Shown: positions 12,860 through 25,559 of the stretch, piece after piece
Numbering within the stretch: the stretch's first letter is position 1
Layout: each line of letters begins with the position of its first letter
The notes under the pieces: generated by a model
Databases searched by the model: none
What the model saw: only the letters and a program-made list of their open reading frames with translations
Told to the model about the DNA's origin: nothing
Position numbers and translations under genes: made by a program
Origin: Octopus sinensis
Taxonomy: Eukaryota
Reading direction: 5' to 3'
NCBI RefSeq assembly: GCF_006345805.1
Contig: NC_043001.1
Span: forward strand, 15,996,001-16,060,000
DNA length: 64,000 nt

Positions 12860-13720
12860 CTCAGCCTTAAGTGAGCAACTATGAGACGGACCGGCGTCCT
12901 GTTCAACGAAATGTTGTGACCTCTGTCCTTTAAACTCCATGGAAACCGAGTAATTCCTCCTTGAAGTCCAAGAACTAAAAATGCTAATGACCTGGGGACT
13001 GTATTGTCAAGCGTATTCTTCTATTTTTATGGAAGACTTGAGAGAGATTTGATTACTATCTTTAGCAGGAGGACTGTTAGGGATAATCGAAGAACCCCAT
13101 CGTCTAATATCTTCCTGAATACCATAACAAGTGCTGTCTCCAATTCTTGTTCTCCGATCCACAGGTCTATACTCAGAGCGGTACCATTCACGCTTGCTAT
13201 TTTCGCAACTCCCACTTACCTTTCAATAAATTTTCTTGAGGACAGTACCGCCCTCTCCACCCTCACTTTCCTTTTCAAGTGAAATTTGAAAAACTCTATG
13301 CGGGTTCTATCAAAGAGGAAAGTCCCTCCTCGTGCCTTTCAGCCTTGTCCACAAGATTCGTTTCCTTCTTTCGCCATCACCACCAGGCAAAGAAAATTGC
13401 TTTACCAGCCCGATTAAAGGAAGTCGGTGGGGCAATCCCAGCTATGGACTCAGCCGACAGACGGATCTATCCCAAACGTGACAGCGGTTGTTTGACAACC
13501 CCAATGGTAGGCAATGCCCGGACACTGAACGAGTGCGTGCAGAACGGTTTCGTTGCTGTGCGTGCATCTAGGACAAACCCGTCTGACCGTATATCCCATC
13601 CCTGCAGAATTTATCTGGAACTTATAAAGCCCCTCGGTAGCACTGCCAGGCCAAGATCATCTGGAACTTATCCGTGGTAGTCCCCCGACCGGAAGGTCTT
13701 CCAGAACAGACTAGCCAACA
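12860..13720 (-). mobile_element. Tx1/L1-clade LINE 3' fragment (zinc knuckle, C-terminus, 3' UTR)
   Basis: LAWQCYRGAL, CPRCTHSNETVLHALVQCP, FFKFHLKRKVRVERAVLSSRKFIER. Confidence 0.72.
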
Positions 13721-14002
13721 ATGGCTTCAAATTTTGGCACAAGACCAGGAAGTTCAAATGAGGGGTCATATCGATTACATCGACCCTGGTAGTCAACTGG
13801 TACTTATTTTATCGAACCCGAATAAATGAAGGGCAAAGTCGACCTCGGTGGAATTTGAACTCAGAACGTAAAGAACACGAAATGCCGTTAAGTATTATGC
13901 CAGGCCAATTTACAGCCGTAGTATTATTTTATATTAAACAATATGGGAACTCCAAACCATACAGTATCGCTCTCATTTGAATATATTATCTACTCCCACC
14001 AC

Positions 14003-14388
14003 CGTGGAGGCGCAATGGCCCAGTGGTTAGGACAGCGGACTCGTGGTCATAGGATCGCGGTTTCGATTCCCAGACCGGGCGTTGTGAGTGTTTATTGAGC
14101 GAAAACACCTAAAAGCTCCACGAGGCTCCGGCAGGGGATGGTGGTGATCCTTGCTGTACTCTTTCACCACAACTTTCTCTCACTCTTACTTCCTGTTTCT
14201 CTTGTACCTGTATTTCAAAGGGCCGGCCTTGTCACTCTCTGTGTCACGCTGAATATCCCCGAGGACTACGTTAAGGGTACACGTGTCTGTGGAGTGCTCA
14301 GCCACTTACACGTTAATTTCACGAGCAGGCTGTTCCGTTGATTCGGATCAACCGGAACCCACGTCGTCGTAACCGACGGAGTGCTTCC
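14003..14388 (+). mobile_element. tRNA-headed SINE, family 3 (partial copy at 5050-5165)
   Basis: A box tggcccagtggttagg and B box ggtttcgattcc followed by a non-tRNA body. Confidence 0.78.
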
Positions 14389-14761
14389 ATCCACTCGATA
14401 TGACCCTTCATTTGAACTTCCTGGTATTGTGCCAAAATTTGAAGCCATTATTGGCTAGTCTGTTCCGGAAGACTTTCCGGTCGGGAGACTAACATGGATA
14501 AGTTCCAGATGTTCTTGGCCTGGTAGTGCTACCGAGGGCCTCTATCAGTTCTAGATAAATTCTGCAGGGATTTGATATACCTATTTCTTTACTGCCCTAC
14601 AAGGGGCTACAAGGCGGCCGGCTGTCCGGCACATTTTCATTTCAATAAAAGGCGGTCAGAAACCACAAAACTTACAAAACTTACAAAACAGGGCTGCGTA
14701 TTGGAACCGTGTTTCCTCTTCATATGCTGTGGCGTCGAGACGAATTCGGAGCCAATAACAA

Positions 14762-15632
14762 TGAAATAAAAATAGAAATAAAATAAAATAAAATAAAATA
14801 GAAATAAAATAAAATAAAATAGAAATAAAATAAAATAAAATAGAAATAAAATAAAATAAAATAAAATAGAAATAAAATAAAATAAAATAGAAATAAAATA
14901 AAATAAAATAGAAATAAAATAAAATAAAATAAAAATAAAATAAAATAAAATAAAATAGAAATAAAATAAAATAGAAATGAAATAAAATAGAAATAAAGTA
15001 AAATAAAATAGAAATAAAATAAAATAAAATGAAATAAAATAAAAAAAATAAAATAGAAATAAAATAAAATAAAATAAAATAGAAATAAAATAAAATAAAA
15101 TAGAAATAAAATAAAATAAATAAAATAGAAATAAAATAAAATAGAAATGAAATAAAATAGAAATAAAGTAAAATAAAATAGAAATAAAGTGAAATAAAAA
15201 TAAAAATAAAATAGAAATAAAATAGAAATAAAATAGAAATAAAATAAAATAAAATAGAAATAAAATAAAATAAAATAGAAATAAAATAAAAAAAATAAAA
15301 TAAAATAAAATAAAATAAAATAAATAAAATAAAATAAAATAAAATAAAATAAAATAAAATAAAATAGAAATAAAATAAATAAAATAAAATAGAAAAAAAT
15401 AAAATAAAATAGAAATAAAATAAAATAAAATAGAAATAAAATAAATAAAATAGAAATAAAAAAATAAAATAAAATAAAATAGAAATAAAATAAAATAAAA
15501 TAGAAATAAAATAAAATAAAATAAAATAGAAATAAAATAAAATAAAATAGAAATAAAATAAAATAAAATAAAATAGAAATAAAATAAAATAAAATAGAAA
15601 TAAAATAAAATAAAATAAAATAGAAATAAAAA
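14762..15632 (+). repeat. (AAAAT)n/(AGAAAT) simple satellite, ~870 bp
   Basis: Direct reading; source of the spurious 324-aa ORF. Confidence 0.97.
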
Positions 15633-16050
15633 TATACTTTACAGTAAATCAATGTTTTAAAATTTAAATCGCAACATTGACGTTGATGTTTCAATTACTT
15701 TTCTCACGTCCTGCTTTAAGGACCTCCTCGTTCTCTCTCTCTACACACATATACACATATATACACACAGACATACACACATATGTCTATGTATACATAT
15801 ACACACATACATGTGCTTATTTGTATGCATATGTAATAAGTTACTGTATGTGTGCGTGTGTTTGAATGCAAACACACACACTCATTCATCCATACATATA
15901 CACACGCATTCACCCATACATATACACACAATAATATAAGCATTCATTTGTTTACACATATGCAGACACACGTACTCACAGAGAGACACAAACACAGACA
16001 CACACATGTATATATAGATATATTTATATCCGCAGAAGTACATAAATATA

Positions 16051-16093
<43 letters not shown>

Positions 16094-16247
16094 ACATACA
16101 TTATGTATGTATATATGTATATATAAAGATGTGTGTATATATAGTGTGTGTGTGTGTGTAGATATATATGTATGTATATATATATGTGTGTGTGTGTAGA
16201 TGTATATGTATGTATATATATGTGTGTGCGTGTGTTTGTGTATGTAT

Positions 16248-16300
<53 letters not shown>

Positions 16301-17077
16301 TTATGCATATATACATCTCTATGTGTTTGTGAGTGTATATCGGATTAAATGTATTCTTAAAGAAAGCAATTAATATCGAGAAACATGTAAAATGTTATAA
16401 ATTCAAGAAATTTTACTTCCTTTCTTTTCCTTCTTTCTTTCTTTCTTTTTTTCTTTCTTTCTTTCTTTCATTCTCACTCTCTCTCGCTCCCAGTCTCTCT
16501 TTCATTCAAGACAAACATCCGCTGTAAGTGGAGAAGTGATTTCCTCATTTATATCATTTTGTTCTGACTTAACACAAGTCACCAACCAAACCAGAATAAT
16601 GTCAACGTGTCCGGAATACGCGAGAAGATATGGCTGCCAAATCTACGAGCCAATCCGCATTCTTATGTTATTTTGGCTTCCCAGTTTTTTTTTTGTAGTA
16701 GAGTTTTTTTATATATATAAAAAAGAAAAAGGCTGCGCAGGCGCAGGCGTTGCTGTCTGATGAGATGTTTGCTTCTTAACAGCATGGTTCCCAATTCAGT
16801 CCCACTGCGTGGCACCTTGGGCAAATATCTTCTCTTATATTCGCGGGTCGACAAAGCTTCGTGGGTGGATTTTGGTAGACGGAAACTGAAAGAAGCACGT
16901 CGCATACACACACACACAAACACACACGAGGGGGCACATTAATGTGAAACAAGAGAAAAAAATAGTACTCGAATACCGAGGGTCGAGTAATATGCTTTTT
17001 TTTATTAAGACTGCAGAAACATCACACAAAACAGTTCTTTTGTGATGATTTTGAAGTTTTAATAAAAAAAAGTGTGT

Positions 17078-17125
<48 letters not shown>

Positions 17126-17184
17126 CTAAAGAGGACAACAAACGTGAAGGCAAAGCAAACATTTATTATTGGAAAAAATTCAAA

Positions 17185-17240
17185 GTCTTACAGCTGTTTC
17201 TGGGATATCCCGGAGTATGGGGTATTCCGTCATCAGAGAC
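17185..17240 (-). ncRNA. Hammerhead-ribozyme-like motif with canonical core and expanded stem II region
   Basis: Minus strand GUCU-CUGAUGA-[CGGAAUACCCCAUACUCCG GGAUAUCC CA]-GAAA-CAGCUG-UA-AGAC: canonical core, 4-bp stem I, palindromic stem III, GUA site. Confidence 0.6.
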
Positions 17241-17260
17241 AAATAAGGAAAATGATAAGG

Positions 17261-17323
<63 letters not shown>

Positions 17324-17594
17324 AGACACAATATATGGGTTCAAATAATCCGGTAGTACTCATAAAAAAACCCTTAATGTATCATTCTACAAAAAAAAAT
17401 AGAATACATATAGTACGATATAAGAGAAAACGATAAGGAGTGTATTGATGTAGACATCTGAATAATTCATTTATTAAATATAAAATAAATTTCATCATAC
17501 TATTTCTCTCCTTATTTATAACTTTATATATATATATACACATGTACATACATACATATATACATACATACACACACATACACACACAAACACA

Positions 17595-17634
<40 letters not shown>

Positions 17635-18715
17635 CTGTGTCCATGTATGTGTGTGTGGTTGTGTGCCTTTGTGTCAGTGTTTGTCTCTCACCACAACTTC
17701 ACGACCAGCGTTTGTGCGTTTACGTTTCCGTAGCCTAGCGGTTCGGCAAAAGACATCGATAGAATAAGTAGCAGTCTTTAAAAAAAAAACGATAATAATG
17801 ATAATAATAATAATTACTGCTGTTGATTCATTCGCCTAAAAATTCCTGATGGTCGTGCTCCATCATGGCCACTGAAGCGCGAAACAAGTAAAAAATGGAA
17901 GACATAGTAATCAGATTGATCAGGCTAGAGAACTATTTTTTCCCGCTTACAGTAACCTTTTTGTTACTTTTTATCTCTTTTTTCCATGTTTTAGTTATGT
18001 TGTTTACGTCATAAGAATTTAGCAACGTCGAAGGTTGCGAAATAATTCGGTTTGAACGGTGGAACTCGAAGCAGATAAAGTTATAAATAGCGAATAAATA
18101 TGGGATTAAAAATGCTTTTTGATAAACAAAATTCGATGGCTACCCAAAAGATTTTCAGCTGAATATTTATATAATATTATTTCTATTTTTATTCCTTCGA
18201 ATTGCGTACCACTCTCTTACTCTTTTACTTGTTTCAGTTATTTGACTGTGGCCATGCTGGAGCACTGCCTTTAGTTGAGCAAATCGAACCCAGGACTTAT
18301 TCTTTGTAAGCCTAGTAATTATTCTGTCGGCCTCTTTTGCTGAACCGCTAAGTGACGGAGACGTAAACACACCAGCATCGGTTGTCAAGCGATGTTGGGA
18401 GGACAAACACAGACACACATATACACACACATACATATATACACATATATACGACAGGATTCTTTCAGTTTCCGTCCACCAAATCCACTCAAGGCTTTGT
18501 TTGGCCCGAAGCTATAGTAGAAGACACTTGCCCAAGGTGTCACGCAGTGGGACTGAATCCGGAACCATGTGGTTGGTAAGCAAGCTACTTACCACACATC
18601 CAAACGAATTATTTTTTATGAATATATTTTATATATGCCCGGACCGGAAGAAAGGGCAGTGGTCATTGTTTTTTGACCAAGTCAAACATAGAAAGGCATA
18701 AACAGTGACAGAATT

Positions 18716-19540
18716 TTAAAGAATTCCAGTGGACCTCTGCTCTGTGAAGAAGGACTGGTCATAGTGATTAATGCAACGCCTCGCAGGTTTGGATGAAGCA
18801 AGTTTGATGAGAAGAGAAACAAACAGATCAGGAATGCATGATCCTAAGCAGATTTGAAAAGCAGAGGCCATTACAGTCGCTGTAGCAATGGCAGAGAGAG
18901 AGCGAGAGAGAGAGGGAGAGAGAGAGAGAGAGAGAGAGAGGAGGATGGTACATACTGGGCCAAAGGCTTGTGGATGAATGATTTTATTCCATTTCGTCTG
19001 GTGGACCTTTCTTGAATATGGTCTAGAATGTGTGTTTGTAGAAGTAGTACCATCCCACCCTCTTAGATGTAAGAGCGATAGCCCATTGTGGGCCTCACCT
19101 GAGCTTGTTTTTAGAGTGTCCATAATTGTTAAGTGCTGAAATATCTTCTGGTTTTGAAGAGAATGATTAGCTAATCAGGGATGCGATTCCAGATATGATA
19201 AGGATGTGACTTTGCTAAAAGATGTTCTCAGAGGTCTTCAGATTCAAGATTTAGGGTGATTTTGGCGTCTGTGATAGAGTGGTGCTCACGATTAAAGGAC
19301 GGGTGCCGCAATGATGTCTTCTCGATATGAACAGCATTTGCGTTTTCTTATTGTTTAAAGGGACACGATTGGCTTATCACAATTGGAAGACGCTTTTCTA
19401 GGTCTCTGTTCATGGGGTCAGTACGTGGTGACTAGGTCCCAAGCGAATAATGAAAGCTCGTAGAATGTCAAGTTGTAATGAAGTGTAGCGGCACTGGGTA
19501 AGAATGTATGCTTTTGAAATTGGCGGCAAGTGATTGATGT
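18716..19540 (-). mobile_element. Decayed CR1/L2/Jockey-group LINE, RT C-terminus
   Basis: ILFKTRRYFST*QLWTL*KQAQVRPTMGYRSYI*EG, LDHIQERS and NHYDQSFF resemble the KYFS...LYKAQVRPxMEYCSxxW...SFF pattern. Confidence 0.65.
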
Positions 19541-21085
19541 ATATAAAAAAAAATAGAGGTGTGTTTATATGTTAACTTTGGGTCGGTCCTGATAGTGCAA
19601 CCCTACCATCAATTGTATTCTTGTTACGATCCCGTCTTTTCGTATATCTACAATAACTATTTCTTTACTACCCACAAAGGGCTAAACACAGAGAGGACAA
19701 ACAAGGACAGACAAACGGATAAAGTCGATTACATAGACCCCAGTGCGTAACTGGTACTTAATTTATCGACTCCTAAAGGATGAAAGGCTAAGTCGACCTC
19801 GGCGGAATTTGAACTCAGAACGTAACGGCAGACGAAATACGGCAACGCATTTCGTCCGGTGTGCTAACGTTTCTGCCAGCTCGCCGCCTTGTATATCTAC
19901 AATAACATTGATCAAAATATGTCCTTTGGTTTTCCCACAACATAAAATTGTGAGTTGAGGTAGAGTTGTCTGCTATTTCTACCGAGCCAAACGACCACAT
20001 ATAAGGGGGTTATTTTCTTGCTATATTGTTTAGTTTTGTTTATTTTGACTTTGTTCGGTTTTCTCTGCGACGCAAATGGTTTATAGTTTTTATTTAAAAT
20101 ATTCTTGTTTATTGCTGGATTGAATATCGTTTCTGCACCTATTTTAAGTTAATACATCAAGGGTTTTCTGGGGGCATTTTTAGGTACAAATCCTTGAATA
20201 TTAAACAACCAATCGAAAACAGGAACCGAAATTATAAACGGATATAAAGTTTTTACTTTTAGGCAGGTTCTTTAAATACACATGAATACATTTAAATGCA
20301 GTTAATATCAAGGGCGTCACTAATCCAATTTCACACATTCACACACGAACACAAATGCACACATACACACACATAAACGAACGTACATGCGCACACACAT
20401 GCGCACACATGTTATCTATGTTTATGTGAAAGAGTAGAATGAGCAGAAACTAAGGATGGTCAGTATCGACAAATATTAAGTGCAAAATTTTGCGAAGGCG
20501 AATAAGTTTGTTTGCTGTGAGGCAAAGAAGAGACCTGATATTTTTGACACATGACTCCTCTTCATCACGGCATAATAAACTCATTCCACTTTGTGAAGCT
20601 TTCTGTATATTCGTAGATGTGTATTATTATATACATGCATGTGCTTTATATCTAAGATGTCAGCATTTTGCTGTAAATACTAACGAAACGTGCATAGTTA
20701 TATAATATGAATTCGGGTGGTTTTAATTACCAGTTAACTTGTTTGGCAATTTGAACCGTTTTGTGTCAGTTTGAGCCAACTTTGGCCATTTTGTGCTACA
20801 TTGTTCTGTTTAGTATAATTTCGTTCCACTGCATTTTCTGCCATATTTTCACTGTGTATCTAGCGGTGTCTGTTTGTGATCCTTTCACTGGATAAACAAT
20901 ACTATATCTTTACTCATCCCTGTAAATTCTTATAATAATGTAAATGTCTTACAATTCTCGTTGCCAAGAACTAAGCTTCTAAAGTTGATGGAAAAATTCA
21001 AAGTGATGCTTTGTTTAGCATGTCAGTCATGTTTACAGAAGATCTAGGTTCGACTCCCACTTGCAGTTAAATTTTTCTCCATATA

Positions 21086-21473
21086 GGCGTAGCAGTGGCT
21101 GTTTGGTAAGTAGTTTACCAACCACATGGTTCTGGGTTAAGTCCCACTGCGTGGCACCTTGGGCAAGTGTCTTCTACTATAACTTAGGGCCGACCAAAGC
21201 CTTGTGAGTGGATTTGGTAGACGGAAACTGAAAGAAGCCTGTCGTATATATGTATATATATATGTGTGTGTGTCTGTGTTTGTCCCCCAGCATCGCTTGA
21301 CAACCGATGTTTGTGTGTTTACGTCCCCGTAACTTAGCGGTTCGGCAAAAGAGACCGATAGAACAAGTACTAGGCTTTCAAAGAATAAGTCCTGGGGTCG
21401 ATTTGCTCGACTAAAGGCGGTGCTCCAGCATGGCCGCAGTCAAATGACTGAAACAAGTAAAAGAGTAAAAGAA
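21086..21473 (+). mobile_element. tRNA-headed SINE family 2; other copies at 6420-6812 (+), 11115-11527 (-), 16737-16900 (+), 18215-18597 (-), 24905-25318 (-), 27461-27622 (+), 32970-33115 (+), with tails at 1205-1260 and 34720-34870
   Basis: gtggctgt.tggtaagtag head, ggcaccttgggcaagtgtcttctactata core, internal TA/TG tract, aaggcggtgctccagcatggccgcagtc tail. Confidence 0.88.
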
Positions 21474-22284
21474 TGTAATGTTATTCTGCTTAGTTATGAA
21501 AGACAATGACCAAACCAAAACAAAATCTTCTCCATACAAGTGTTGTTGTGATTGTTGTCGTGGTTGTTGTTGCTTCTTTTTAACTTCCGGTCAGTTTTCA
21601 CTGAGTAAACCAATGTCTAGATGCATTGCAGCCATAGTTACTCCATCTTTTTTTTCAGACATATTGTTTCTAGAACTATCTTATCCAATGCGTCATTTCC
21701 ATTAAATGTCAATGGGGATATCTGAGGAAAATTTCGCTGCTATTACGTTTTTCAGCAATTTAACGGACCGTGTAGCGATTCCGTCATTATCTCTGTTAAT
21801 ACGGTTTCAGCCATATTTTTGAAACTTATAAATTCATGCTGGATATATCCAGTTCTTCAGACGATTAAATTAGGGTAAAATCCTAACAATATATAAGCAA
21901 AAATATTTGTGAACACATGAAAATACGATTGTCTTAGCAGTACATCGAGATGTGATAGGTTGTGAGCAACAATTTACAAATGTAATGTTTTAGATTAGCG
22001 GTTCTTATTTTTGTTTGTTTGTTTTTTTTACCTCTGGACCTCTCTCATTGTTAGTTTATTCCGGTGGACTCTCATAGCCGTTCGACGTTTCAAAACCAGT
22101 TTTAATGGGTAGTTATTCCATAATTGTAAAGCGAGTAGCCACATCAAAGTGGCATGCGAATGTTACTACTAGTTTAACCCGGGGCAGATTTCTCGCCAGC
22201 TGGTTTTCGGTGCAAGCTCCGCACCCTTTATGTACAATGCATCGCTAGCAGGGGGAGCGAACCCCTACAATCCTCCAACGACTG

Positions 22285-22336
22285 ACAGGATCACGAGACC
22301 GGCCCGTTTCGAGCTATTTGGCTCATGTCAGTCGCG
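22285..22336 (-). ncRNA. Degenerate hammerhead-like motif
   Basis: Minus strand CGCGA-CUGACAU-GAGC-CAAAUA-GCUC-GAAA-CGGGCCGG-UC-UCGUG; G8 missing, GUC site, 5-bp stem I. Confidence 0.4.
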
Positions 22337-22611
22337 CGCATTTGCGCAGTGGAGTGAGATTTTATAACTAGCTATTTCAAAATTATCATTTTGCTTTTCA
22401 CACGTAAAACGCTAGAGAAAGAAACCTAACTGTTTCTTATAGTAAATACATTTAAAGCAAAATTTTTAATGGACCCTTAAAATACTACTGTGAGTCCCCA
22501 ATATTCTATTTTGCTTGCGTAGACCTTTAAGAATCTTGAATGGACCCCAAGAAATCTCATACGAATCCCGGTTAAGAAACACTGTTTTAGATGGACCACT
22601 CGATCCTATAA

Positions 22612-22981
22612 TCTATTATATAAAATCCGTTCTATCTGTCTGTCTGTGTGTCTTCTAGGATCTCGGGCATCCCCCATCCGATTACACTCAAATTTGATAT
22701 GTAGATACCGACGGTATCAGGGCGCGTATAAGTCTTGAAAAAATTACAAAAATCGATTCCAGGTGAGAATGCGATCGATAAAGTGAATAAAATCGTTTTT
22801 CTTTGGAATAGAAAAAAAATCTATCTTTATTTCTTCTTTTGCTGGTGTCTCAAATTAAGGTTAAATTTAGGTGTTTCTGAAAGGGGAGGCCTATGGGAGG
22901 TCGGTCAAGTTATTTTGAGAAAATTTGGTTTAAATGTTTGACGACTCAGCACCGACCATTGGACGGGGGGCGTTTTGCTCG
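22612..22981 (+). mobile_element. Non-autonomous Helitron-like element, family A, internally deleted
   Basis: Matches the reverse complement of 8540-8701 joined to 7964-8170. Confidence 0.65.
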
Positions 22982-23583
22982 TTCTTAATTTTATCATTCT
23001 TTAAATTCCAGAAATATTTGGATACTGAATAAGCCAGGGGCCTTTCTGAATATTTGAATGCAATACTTGTGGCAAGAACGATACATGCTGTTGAGAGAAC
23101 AGACTTGTTGCATTTGCGTACAGGAAATGCATCTGTTTATACAGGCTGCAGAAGCTGTTAGGTTATGTTGCAAAGAGAGCGTAATGTTATTTCTTTTTAA
23201 AGATCCCATAATATCTATGCTCTCTGCCGAAATGTATATTTGCATGGTTGAGGAAAATCTTGGTAACATTAGAAAGAAACGCTTAAATTATATCGTGGAT
23301 TGGATTATGCCATATATTCTTTCGATTGTTATTTTAAGAATATAATTATGTTCTCTCACTCTCGTTCTCTCTCACTTTCTCTCTTCTCTCTCACTCTCTC
23401 TCCTCTCTAATACTCTCTCTCTCTGTTCTGTGTGTTGTATATGTGTTATATATATATATATATGTGTTGTGTGTGTGTGTTGTGTGTGTGTTGTGTTTAT
23501 ATATAATATGTTTTATATATAATATATATGTGTGTGTTGGGTGTGTTTATATATATAATGTTTTTTATATATATATATATAAT

Positions 23584-23616
<33 letters not shown>

Positions 23617-23928
23617 GTGTGGTGTGGTGTGTGTGTGTGTGTGTGGTGTGTTATATATATTTATATTGTTTTATATATATATATATGGTGTGCTGTGTGT
23701 TATATATATATATGTTTTATATATATATATATAATATATATGTGTGTGGTGTGTATATATATATATGTTTTATATATATATCTATGTGTGTATGTTTTGT
23801 GTGTGTGTTATATATATATGTTATATTATATATTATATATATATATATATATGTGTGTGTGGTGTGTGTGTGTGTGTGTGTGTGTGCTTTGTTATTGGAC
23901 GCTTAAGAAATGAAAGAAAGTAGTAGGA

Positions 23929-23961
23929 TTTAACGTTTCGAGCGAAGCTCTTCGTCAGAAA
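23929..23961 (-). ncRNA. Minimal hammerhead-like motif in a pLTR-derived repeat
   Basis: Minus strand UUU-CUGACGA-A-GAGC-UUC-GCUC-GAAA-CG-UU-AAA. Confidence 0.55.
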
Positions 23962-24477
23962 CAGAGAAAGGAAAGATCCAAGGAAGAGAAGATGCATGGT
24001 ATTTATATAAGCTTAAAGCTTATGGCGATCACCGTGCAAGGACTAAGGAAAATAGTCTAATAAAGGCGAATATAAGCCATCGACAGAAAAAAAGGAGACT
24101 TTCCTCTCCGTATGGGACACGAACCCACATCCATTTGTTAACGCGACTCGAAAGCATATACATGCATGCATGCATGCATGCATGCATGTATGTATGTATG
24201 TATGTATGTATGTATGTATGTATGTATGTATGTATGTATGTATGTATGTATGTACGTATGTATGTATGTATGTATGCATGCATGTATGTATGTATGTATG
24301 TATGTGTGTAAAGTGTCGCTGAGGAGGGATCACAGATGTGTAACGAAAGATTTCCGAAGAATGGACATGAGTTAGTATAAGAACAGTAATAAATGAGTGA
24401 AGAACGAATATACAATGCGTGTATTTATTTGGCAAAAAAAGTGACCATCTCGAAATACAACAATGTGTGTGTGTGTG

Positions 24478-24529
<52 letters not shown>

Positions 24530-25527
24530 AGTGTGTGTGTGTGATTGCATTTACTGACCGTCAAACTGGTGTCGGAAATTGAGGCAATCCAGCACCGGTG
24601 CGCAAAGAACGGTTTCGTGTAAACTTGCTACTTCACCAAGACCAATACAGAAACCGAAACAGAAACACACCGAAAGGCGGTGCTCCAGTATGGTCTTGGT
24701 CTTTTGCCTGAAACCAGTAAGAATGAAAAATAAGACACACATACATACATACACATATATATATATATATGTGTGTGTGTGTATGTGTGCATGTCTATAT
24801 ATATATATGTGTGTGTGTGTGTGTGCGTATGTGTGTATTTATGGATATATACATGTATATAAATATATATGTGTGTGTGCATGTGTATGTGTGTGTGTGA
24901 TATTCTTTTATTCCTTTACTTTTTTCAGTCATTTGGCCATGCTGGAGCACCGCCTTTAGTTGAACAAATCGACATCAGGACTTATTCTTTGTAAGCCTAG
25001 TACTTAGTCTATCGGTCTCTTGCCGAACCGCTAAGTTACAGAGATGTAAACATACCAACATCGGTTGTCAAGCGATAGTGGGAGGGCGAACACAAACGCA
25101 CAAACACACACACGTACAGATATAAATGTATGTATGTATGTATGTATGTATGTAGGTATGTATACGACAGGCTTTCAGTTTCCGTCAACTAAATCCACTC
25201 ACAAGGCTTTCGTCGACCAGAGGCTATAGTAGAAGACTTTTGCCCATGGTGCCACGCAGTGGGCCTGAACCCAGAGCCACGTGTATGGTAAGCAAGCTAC
25301 TTACCACACGGACGCGTATATACACACACACACACACTTACACATATATATATATGGATGGATATATATATATATATTTGTATATAATGTATATATATAC
25401 ACACACATACATATATATACACACACACATACATATATATACACACACACATACATATATATACACACACACATAATATATGTACATACACACATACATA
25501 TATATACATACATACATACGTATATAT

Positions 25528-25559
<32 letters not shown>

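Noticed and set aside
13218-13223. Strong minus-strand donor AAG|GTAAGT
   Set aside because: Falls inside the Tx1 LINE coding remnant, probably from a TGG-to-TAA change.
14003-14075. tRNA-like sequences here and at other SINE heads
   Set aside because: A/B boxes run into SINE bodies with no acceptor stem closure; not tRNA genes.
14720-15694. 324-aa ORF (FYFILF repeats)
   Set aside because: Translation of the (AAAAT)n satellite.
20470-20915. Possible minus-strand exons with AG/GT boundaries
   Set aside because: No consistent open frame across candidate exons and no recognisable domain.
21825-21865. CTGAAGA followed by the hairpin CTGGA-TATA-TCCAG (minus strand)
   Set aside because: No GAAA and no stem I or III pairing.
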